The notes below the pieces were generated by a model, which saw nothing but the letters and a program-made list of their open reading frames with translations, did no database searches and was not told the origin of the DNA. A stretch of 64,000 nt of DNA, taken from assembly GCA_963681965.1 (NCBI GenBank), contig OY820579.1, positions 2,592,001-2,656,000 of the forward strand. Direction: 5' to 3'. This DNA comes from a bacterium (GTDB lineage: Bacteria; Electryoneota; JAOADG01). Position 1 is the stretch's first letter. Each line of letters begins with the position of its first letter. Made by a program: the position numbers and the translations under genes. Positions 45,515 through 55,100 of this stretch are shown piece after piece.

Positions 45515-47718
45515 ACAATAAGTCGAACAAAAGGCTCCTCATCGGTAGAGGTGAAAGGCTAACCGAAGAGATCAAATCACCAGTTCGAGGATTTGATAAA
45601 ACTCCTCTATACTCAATCGAAGAGTCGCTTAATCGACTTACACCGATGTTGGAGAAGGCTACCTCTGAAATTACCAAATTACCGGCTCTAGCTTGCCCGA
45701 AAAACCAATCGGTGTTTTCTTTCGTGCTTAACCCAAGTTTTATTGCAAAATCATATTTTCCAAACGCTCTTTTTGCGAAGTACAATATGCGACCGATTGG
45801 CAGCAGGATGATTCCGATCACACCCATCAAATGGACTAGGAAGCGAGAACCTGAACGAACACCAACACTTGAGATATTTGTTTCAAGCGATATCGATCAG
45901 TTTAGAACTTTTTCCAGTTCAATAATCTCAAACACATTTATTCCGGAGATCGAGGGAGATTTAAACAAAATTGAGCAGATTTTCCTTCCAACTCCACATC
46001 AAAAGTTAAAGTATATCCCAGAAGGATCAAGATTGTTTGAGATAGTGCTGCACTATTCCGAGCAGAACTCACCTTCATTCATTCTTAGTGGTTTTAAGGA
46101 CTACTTGGAATCTATTAATGTAAAGGCAAGCCTTCAGGATAGAATTGAAGCGGGTGGTCTATGTTTTGTCCCAATCAGAACGGTTCCAGAGAGAGTTGAA
46201 ACTATTGCGTTGTTCTCGTTCTTACGGCTTGCACGAGTTGCACCTAAACTACGACCAATCGAACCGAACTACTCAACATTAAAGAGGTCTGTATTTCAAG
46301 TAAAGCTGCCAAAGACTACCACAATTGATGATAAAGTCAAAGTAGCCATTTTCGACGGGGGTTTGCCTGACAAGCATCCATTAGGCCCCTGGGTCAAAGA
46401 ATTAGAACCAGCTGGAATAGGTGCAAAAGAGCTCAGTGCAACTTCACACGGACTTTCAGTTACTTCTGCTTTGTTGTTTGGACCTTTGCAAGATGGAATC
46501 GAACCACTATCTCCTACTTTCCATGTTGATCACTGGCGGGTACTTGATAAGAAAAGCGACGGTGATGATGCTGGGTTAAAAATAATTGAGCGTATCAAGT
46601 CCGTACTTGACGACAATGAATATCACTTTATCAACTTAAGCCTCGGACCGGACTTACCAATCGAGGACAACGATGTTAACCCTTGGACTGCTGTGCTAGA
46701 TCAATATTTAGCAGACGGTACAACCCTGGCATGTTTTGCTGTTGGTAATGGTGGTGAACGAGATCACACTAGTGGAAACAATAGAATACAACCGCCAGCA
46801 GATTGTGTTAATGGAGTTGGAGTCGGTGCGTGCGATAGTAGATTTGAGACGTGGGACAAAGCGCTTTATAGTAGTGTAGGACCAGGTAGGAGTCCAGGTC
46901 TGATAAAACCAGATATTGTAGCTTTTGGTGGCTCAAATCATGAAGTGTTTTGGACATGCACATCGGGAGAAAGTGGTCGCTCTACTCAAGGAACCAGTTT
47001 TTCTGCTCCTAACGCATTACGTACAGCAATTGGAATCAGAACTTTTTACGGAGATGCTGTAAAGCCACTTACTTCAAGAGCCTTACTTATCCACAAATCT
47101 GAGGCTAGAGCTACTCAACCAGATGATGAAGTTGGGTTTGGAAGGGTATCTGAAAATGTGGGAGATTACATTTACTGTACCGACACAGAAGTTACGATTT
47201 TATATCAAGGGAAACTTGATCCCGGTAAGTATAGACAGTTCCAAATTCCGGTCCCAGAAAATGAAATGGTTGGAATGGTTTCAATTTCAGCTACGATATG
47301 TTACACAACTGATACTGACGTTGAAGATCCTTTCAATTACACTCGATCGGGTCTTGAGGTTGTATTCCGCCCTGATAGTAGAGAATCAAAGAAGACAAAG
47401 ACATTCTTTGGGGAATTTGATTTTGCTGACGAACTAGATCTTAGAATTCAGGCTCATAAATGGGAGACTGTCAGGAAAAATACTATCAAGATGAGAGGTT
47501 CCTCTCTCCATGACCCAGTGTTTGATGTACACTACATGGCACGCCAACATGGTCGAAATGCATCGCGTGCCTTGCGAATACCTTACTCTTGTGTCATCAC
47601 GATTTCGGCTCCGAAAATGCCGAGATTATACGATGAAATTTTAAATCGGTACAGTGATCTGCCCCCATTATTTGTACCAGTGTCTATGTCACACTGGTCT
47701 CATTCCTGCGTAGCGTAG
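45511..47718 (+). CDS. ietS: S8 subtilisin-like peptidase (IetS-like); native end replaced by IS sequence from 47655
   Basis: Catalytic triad AIFDGG, SHGLSV, GTSFSAP; NLSLG, GN.G, KPDIVAFGG; ATGA overlap with the ATPase. Confidence 0.85.
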   Translation: MNNKSNKRLLIGRGERLTEEIKSPVRGFDKTPLYSIEESLNRLTPMLEKATSEITKLPALACPKNQSVFSFVLNPSFIAKSYFPNALFAKYNMRPIGSRMIPITPIKWTRKREPERTPTLEIFVSSDIDQFRTFSSSIISNTFIPEIEGDLNKIEQIFLPTPHQKLKYIPEGSRLFEIVLHYSEQNSPSFILSGFKDYLESINVKASLQDRIEAGGLCFVPIRTVPERVETIALFSFLRLARVAPKLRPIEPNYSTLKRSVFQVKLPKTTTIDDKVKVAIFDGGLPDKHPLGPWVKELEPAGIGAKELSATSHGLSVTSALLFGPLQDGIEPLSPTFHVDHWRVLDKKSDGDDAGLKIIERIKSVLDDNEYHFINLSLGPDLPIEDNDVNPWTAVLDQYLADGTTLACFAVGNGGERDHTSGNNRIQPPADCVNGVGVGACDSRFETWDKALYSSVGPGRSPGLIKPDIVAFGGSNHEVFWTCTSGESGRSTQGTSFSAPNALRTAIGIRTFYGDAVKPLTSRALLIHKSEARATQPDDEVGFGRVSENVGDYIYCTDTEVTILYQGKLDPGKYRQFQIPVPENEMVGMVSISATICYTTDTDVEDPFNYTRSGLEVVFRPDSRESKKTKTFFGEFDFADELDLRIQAHKWETVRKNTIKMRGSSLHDPVFDVHYMARQHGRNASRALRIPYSCVITISAPKMPRLYDEILNRYSDLPPLFVPVSMSHWSHSCVA

Positions 47719-48564
47719 CGGAGCAGGAATGAGTGGTAACTCTGTTTCCGGTGCCGGCGGCAGATAGCCCAAAGAGCTGTGCGGTCGAATCGTATTGTAA
47801 TGGTGCCGCCATTGTTCGATAATCACCTTTGCTTCCAATATGGTATCAAAGATTTCACCCTTCAGCAACAGTTTCAACCGACAGTTAAAACTTTCGATGT
47901 ATCCGTTTTCCCACGGGCTGCCAGGCGTAATAAACAAGGGTTGCACATCAACCCGGGGCAGCCACGCTAGTACCTCATTCGCCGTAAACTCAGGGCCATT
48001 GTCACTACGAACATGAATCGGTGTACCTCGTACTACAAACAGTTCTTCCAGTACGCAAAGAACATCATCCGCCTTGATCTTCCGGGCTACCAGGATCGCA
48101 AGGCATTCCCGGGTGTATTCGTCCATGATCGCAAAGATCTTGAACGAACGACCATTCGACGTATGCCACGTGACAAAGTCGAAGCTCCAGACATGATCCG
48201 GATGTTCCGGACGTAGACGGATGCAGGAACCATCATTCAGCCACAGTCTTCGACGCTTCTTCTGCTTCTTCGGGACCTTCAGTCCGGACTGTCGCCAGAT
48301 CCGTTCCACCCGTTTGTGGTTTACCCGCCAGCCGATGTTACGGATCATCGCCGTTACGATCCGGTAGCCATACCCGCCATACTGGCAAGCCAGAAATACC
48401 ACCAGCGAGACCAACGGGCCTTCGTCGGCACGACGAAGCGGTGCATACCGGTGACTCGTTCGTGGTTCGCAAAGAACCGTACAGACCCGTCGTTCCGAGA
48501 CCCGATCAATGCCCAGCGAATGGCGAACAGTAAGCGCAGTCTCGCGACGCTTCGCCGGGCACAC
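47689..48564 (-). CDS. IS3 transposase OrfB
   Basis: Identical translation to 32046-32921. Confidence 0.95.
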   Translation of the reverse strand: MCPAKRRETALTVRHSLGIDRVSERRVCTVLCEPRTSHRYAPLRRADEGPLVSLVVFLACQYGGYGYRIVTAMIRNIGWRVNHKRVERIWRQSGLKVPKKQKKRRRLWLNDGSCIRLRPEHPDHVWSFDFVTWHTSNGRSFKIFAIMDEYTRECLAILVARKIKADDVLCVLEELFVVRGTPIHVRSDNGPEFTANEVLAWLPRVDVQPLFITPGSPWENGYIESFNCRLKLLLKGEIFDTILEAKVIIEQWRHHYNTIRPHSSLGYLPPAPETELPLIPAPLRYAGMRPV

Positions 48565-48839
48565 TATTTTCCCTTGAGAGCCTCCTGCAGGATCTCTTTG
48601 TCCAAGGTCAGATCAGATACGACCTTCCGAAGACGGCCATTCTCGCGTTCCAGTTCCTTCAAACGCTTCGCCTGATCCAGCTTCAAACCACCGTATTCCT
48701 TGCGCCAGTGGTAGTAAGTATGTTCCTGGATGCCCAACTTCCGGCAAACTTCACGGACGCTCATCCCCTTCCCAATCTCAACTTCCGCTTCACGAAGCAT
48801 CGGGATAATCTGCTCCGCAGTTCGCTTCACTCCACGCAT
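48564..48839 (-). CDS. IS3 transposase OrfA
   Basis: Identical translation to 32921-33196. Confidence 0.95.
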   Translation of the reverse strand: MRGVKRTAEQIIPMLREAEVEIGKGMSVREVCRKLGIQEHTYYHWRKEYGGLKLDQAKRLKELERENGRLRKVVSDLTLDKEILQEALKGK

Positions 48840-49174
48840 GAAAACCTCCCATAAAAGGTACTACTCTGACATAGAGAGTGGTACTACTTTCGGGGGCTAG
48901 ATCAATTTTTGATGATTGAATTTAATTGTGTATACGATCTTAGAATAACAGTATTATCAATATGATCAGAGAAGTGAGACTCTATTAAGACAGAATATCA
49001 TATTGCTAAACTAAAAACGCATTTTTTAATTTTCAATCTTGCGACAGACCTACCGATAAATTATCTCTACTTTTGACATTTCTCGGTTTACTCTTCGATT
49101 ACGACGGATTATCTTTACAAAACTAAACAAGTCGTTGCGACGTACTTCTATCGTAGTCGCTCACAGGAGGTATC

Positions 49175-52100
49175 TTGATCCGTCGATCCACACTGCTATT
49201 TCTGATGGTCATCTTAGCGATCTGTTCAACTCAACGAGCATTTGCCGTACCTGCGGATCCAACAACTTGTATTCCTACCTCAGGGTCAGTGAACCAATCC
49301 ATTACGCCTAATCTTGTTTGGTCGACATCGGCCGGTGCGACCGGTTATGACGTCTATTTCGGCACCATGAATCCCCCCACGACAAGGGTTTCGTACAATC
49401 AGTCCGGGAACAATTACAACCCGGGAACCTTGGTGAGCTACACAGTCTATTACTGGAAAGTGATCGCTCGAAATTCCACCGGAACTTCACCCGGAACCAT
49501 GAATTGGTACTTCCGAACAATTCGCACTGTGCCTAATGACCCGACAAATCCCAATCCTACAAACAATGCGACCGGGATAGCGACCAACCAAGTTCTTAGT
49601 TGGACAGCGTCATATGATGCGGACATGTATGACGTTTATTTTGGCACAACTAACCCACCAACGACACGTGTTTCCCAAAACCAGACTGGCACAACATATA
49701 CTCCCACATTGTCGATTTCCACGACTTACTATTGGAAAGTACTTGCCCGAAATGCGGTTGGATACTCACCCGGAACGATCTGGCGGTTTACTACCGGAAG
49801 CCAACCGAATTATCAGTGGAATGTGTCCACACTCGATTTCGGCAATAGAGGATACCGTCCAACTTTTTCGGTCGATGATACCGTTTATGTAGAGAACAAT
49901 GGGGCGACAAATGGAACGTTATCGATCACGCCGTTGAGTTCAACGAATTTTCTTGTGGTTTCTCCGACCACCTCATTTTCGCTGGCACCCGGTGACAGTC
50001 AGGCTGTCATCCTCCGATTTGATCCCACGACGCCAGGCACCCTTTCCAGTACGTTTACTGCCAATGGCACTAATTCTCCGACGATCAGTGTATCTGGTAC
50101 AACTTCCTTCCATTCACCGCCAGTCCAAGCAAGCGATAGCACAAATCTTTATTGTGTTCATCTGACCTGGCCGATTGAGAGTTTTACCGTGTATTATCGT
50201 GTATTCCGCAGTACCACAAACGACACTGCTACAGCCATAGCGATGGGGACTTGGACAACTCTAAGTACTTATGACGATTCTTCTGCGGTTGCGGGCACGG
50301 TATACTACTACTGGGTGAAGATGGCATTTAACAGCTCGGGCGCGTATGCTTCGGATCTCTACATAGCCGAGCCGGGATCAAAACTGCGACCGACAACCTT
50401 GGTCGTGACTCCTGATCCGATGACGCCGTTTTTGGTAGCGGGGGGGCAGCAGTTCTTAACCATCACAATTAGTGGTGGTCGCCCCACTTCCGCATGGCGA
50501 ATCGATACGCTGCCCTCGTGGATATCCCTTTCTTCCAACAATAGTTTCGGGACTCGCACGATCATTGTAACAGCTCCTGCGAATACCGGTATCGGACGAT
50601 CTGATAGTCTCCGGGTATTTCTGGTCGAATACCCTACGACGTATCAGTGGGTGTCTGTGAGTCAAGAGACCAACATCACAACACTCACTGCCACTCCCAA
50701 TCCGATTCAAGTCGGGAGCGCCGAATCAGCCGTTACCCTTACGGCTTCTGTCACCGGACATGACCCATCGGCTTACTGGCATGCCGGGACAGTTCCCAGT
50801 TGGATTCAGGTTATCCCCTCGGGTCAATACGGCTCGGGAACGACCGGTGTGTATATCGATGCCAACACAGGGATCACACGCACAGATAGTATCGGACTCA
50901 ATTGTTACGATGATCCCAACGTGACAACGACCTGGGTACGAGTGATTCAACATGCAGGACCCCCAATTCTATCTGTTTCCCCAACCACGATTTCGCAATT
51001 TGTTTATGGTGGTGGATCGCAGAATACAACTGTAACGATCGGTGGAGGTAATCCTTCGGCTACTTGGACAACGAGTAATGTTCCGAGTTGGATCACGCTG
51101 AATCCGACCACTTCGACGGGAACGCGCACGGTAAGTGTCACCGCTTCCGCGAACACTGGTCTCGCCCGCTCTGACAGCTTTCAGGTCGCTTCCAGCGGGG
51201 CAACTGGCAGTCCGGTTTGGGTCAAAGTGAGTCAAGCGACGTTGCCGACAACACTATCCGTATCTCCGACTACGATCACGCAATTTGCCTATGGCGGCGG
51301 ATCTCAAACAACTACTATCACGATTGGTGGCGGTAATCCTTCAGCCACTTGGATAACGGGTAATATTCCCAGTTGGATTACGCTGAATCCCGCTACCAGT
51401 ACGGGGACACGAACGGTAACAATCACTGCTGCAATGAACAGCAGTACCGCCCGCTCCGACAGCTTCCAAGTCACTTCAACCGGAGCTACTGGCAGCCCGG
51501 TTTGGGTCAAAGTGAGTCAGGTTGCATCGACAACGATTTCGGTTTCAGCGAATCCGATGTCGCAGTTCGTCTACACCGGTGGAACACAAAACTTAACGGT
51601 CACGGTAGCAGGAAGTAGCCCAACCGCTACTTGGTCAACGAGCAATGTTCCCAGTTGGATTACGCTCAATCCGACGACCTACGCCGGCACGCGCACGATC
51701 ACTGTTACTGCCGCAGCTAATGCAGGTACAACCCGTTCGGATAGTTTTCAGGTAGTCTCGACGGGAGCCGTAGGGAGTCCGACCTGGGTAAAGGTCTCAC
51801 AGGCATACGCAGGCACCTTACTGACTGTCACCCCGACGACAATGCCGCAGTTCAATGGCACACTACGATCGCAATCTATTGCTTTGTCTATTTCGGGAAC
51901 CAATCCGACTGCCGCATGGACGATCAGTAATTTGCCGAGCTGGATCAGCGTTAACTCATCTTCCGGATCGGGATCGGCAAGTGTGACCGTTTCTGCGGTA
52001 ACGAATACCGGTGCTGCTCGCGCCGATAGTTTTCGAGTGAATTGTACCGCCTCAATCGTCAATCCGATCTGGGTGAAAGTGAGTCAGGATCACGCCCCGG

Positions 52101-55100
52101 TCACTGTTTCTATTGTTGTGTTTGAGGGGGATCTACGAAATCTCGCTTATAATGGTCAGGACATTCAGTTCTTTGTCTCGGTGCAGGGCTACGATCCCAC
52201 CGAAAGCAGGACTGCAGACCAGTTTCCGAGCTGGGCGCCCGGTACGCCCTATGGTGACGGGTTCACCCTGCATATCGCGGCTAATCCCGGTTTTGAACGT
52301 ACTGATTCAATTCGTGTTACCTGTATCAACTCTATTGCAAGCCCATATTACGTTGTACTTCGTCAGAATCCAGCGTTGACTTCAATGTCGGTGACTCCGA
52401 CGACCCTTTCGCAATTCGCGAAAACGGGGGGAACTCAAACTACCGCAGTTAGTTTCATTGGTCGCTTGTTGAGCTCTCCGTGGACGGCAAGCAACATTCC
52501 CAGTTGGATTAGTCTGAGTCCATCATCCGGTGCGGGTGGCTCTTCAATCTCGGTTACTGCTCAAGCAAATAGCGGCATAGCTCGTGCCGACAGCTTCCAA
52601 GTTAGTAGTACGGGAATTATTGGCAGCCCGATATGGGTAAAAGTTTCTCAAGCTGCAGGATCACTCTTAAGCACCAGCCTTACGACAATTCCTCAATTTA
52701 CCGATGCTGGAGGAGCGCAGTCTTTCTCGGTCAATGTTACTGGTGGCATCTCGAACGCGACATGGACGGCGAGCAACATTCCGAGTTGGATCACATTGAA
52801 TCCCACAACTTTTGCCGGTACGCGAACAGTTGTTGCGACCGCTTCGGCAAACACAGGAATTGCACGAGCGGATAGTTTCCAGGTCGCATCGACTGGAGCT
52901 GTCGGTAGTCCGCTTTGGGTACGAGTCAGCCAAGCTGTAGGAGCGACAACCCTTTCCGTATTGCCGACGATTGTTACGCAGTTTGCCAATAGTGGCGGAT
53001 CGCAGAATGTGACAGTTTCGGTCGGTGGCGGAAACCCAACCGCAACGTGGACGACCAGCAATGTGCCGAGTTGGATCACATTAAATCCCACCTCATACGC
53101 AGGCTCACGGGCAGTATCAGTAACTGCACAGGCAAGTTTCATTAGCGCTCGTTCCGATAGTTTCCGAATCGCTTGCACAGGTGCCACTGGCAGTCCGGTT
53201 TGGGTGAAAGTGTCTCAAGCAGTAGGAGCAACAACATTAGCGGTGAATCCAACTACGCTGTCTCTGTTCAATGCTACTGTTACCTCACAACCGATGGCAA
53301 TCACAATTGGTGGTTACAATCTCAGCGCACCCTGGACAATCAACAGTGTTCCGAGTTGGGTCAACGTCAGCTCGGTTAGCGGTTCAGGGTCAGCCAATCT
53401 TACCGTTTCCACTGTAACCAATACCGGTGCGGCTCGTGTTGATAGTTTCCGAGTAAACTGCCCGGGAACATTGGGAAGTCCGATTTGGGTGAAAGTGAGT
53501 CAAGATCACGCTCCGGTCAGCCTAAACATCTATCCAAATAGTGACGCCAATGATCAAATGCGTTATGAAGGATATGGTTATAATGGTACAGATTATTTTC
53601 TAGTGTATGTTGAATCCACTGGGTATGATACCCACGAACCATGGACTGTGGATCATATCCCCAGTTGGTGTAACGACCTTTATACATCTCAAGTAGACGG
53701 TACTATCCTTTTCCGAGTAACTCCTAACACCGGGTTTGAACGCTCCGACACTTTACGCGTCTTATGCGCAAATGCCATTGGAAGTCCATACAATATCATA
53801 TTACGGCAGAATCCGTTTTTGACATCCATGGTTGTTTCTCCGACTACGATTACACAATTTCCTGCAATCGGCAACTCGCAAATCATATCGTTGAGCTTTA
53901 CCGGGCGCTTGCTCACTTCTGCCTGGTCGACGAGCAATGTACCGAGTTGGATATCATTGAATCCGAGTTCCGGTAATGGTGGTAGGTCGATTGCAGTTGT
54001 TGCATCAGCGAATGGTGGAGTTGCCAGAGCTGATAGTTTTCAGATCAGCAGCACAGGTATTATTGGAAGTCCAGTATGGGTTAAAGTATCTCAAACGGCA
54101 GGTACGACATTAAGTACAAGTCTGACTACGCTCCCGCAATTCAGTAATTCCGGTGGTTCGCAATCTGTGACTGTGAATGTCACTGGAGGCATAACAAATG
54201 CAACTTGGACGACCAGCAATGTACCTAGTTGGATTTCGTTAATTCCCACTACGTATGCCGGAACGCGAACTGTGACCGTTACAGCGCTTGCCAATGCCGG
54301 AGGCGCTCGATCCGACAGTTTCCAAGTCAATTCGACCGGGGCGGTTGGAAGTCCGATCTGGGTCAAAGTGAGTCAAGCGGCTGGAGCTACTATATTTTCA
54401 GTCTCACCCAATCCACTCGCGCAGTTTGATCCACAGGGTATGGCTCAGAATCTCTCGATCTCGATCAGTGGTGGCAATCCCACTGCTGCATGGTCGGTAG
54501 CCAATCTTCCCTCGTGGATCAGTTTGAACTCTAGTTCCGGAGCGGGTTCCGCGACAGTTACTGTTACTGCTTCCGCCAATAGTGGAGTTGCTCGCAGCGA
54601 CAGTTTTCAGGTATCAAGCACAGGTGCAACTGGAAGTCCCATTTGGGTACGAGTCTCTCAGGCTGCAGCTCCACCAACGATCTCTATCTCTCCCACCACG
54701 ATTCCGCAGTACAGCTCTACTGGCGGGTCACAGGATGTAACTGTCACCATAGGTGGCGGTGATACGACTGCTGCCTGGACATTTGGTTTATTACCCGAAT
54801 GGTTGGTATTGAGTATCGAAGGGGAAATGAGAGGCTCCCAGTTGCTTCACGTTATTCTACAGTATAATGAGGGAGTCGCTCGCGCCGATAGTTTCCCGAT
54901 TATTTGTTCAGGTGCTGTAGGGAGCCCGGTTTGGATCAAGGTGTCGCAGGCAGCGGGTCCAACCACGTTCGCAGTAACACCAACCACCATTCCACAATTC
55001 AGCAGTAGTGGTGGAACATATGATGTTGCAGCGACGATAGGTGGCGGCGATACAACGGCAGCCTGGACATTCGGCACTTTCCCGTATTGGCTGATTCTGG

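Larger units (their letters stand above)
47655..48904 (-). mobile_element. IS3-family element, copy 2 (same as 32012-33261)
   Basis: Same IRs, same 1250-bp length, identical OrfA and OrfB translations; no TSD. Confidence 0.95.
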
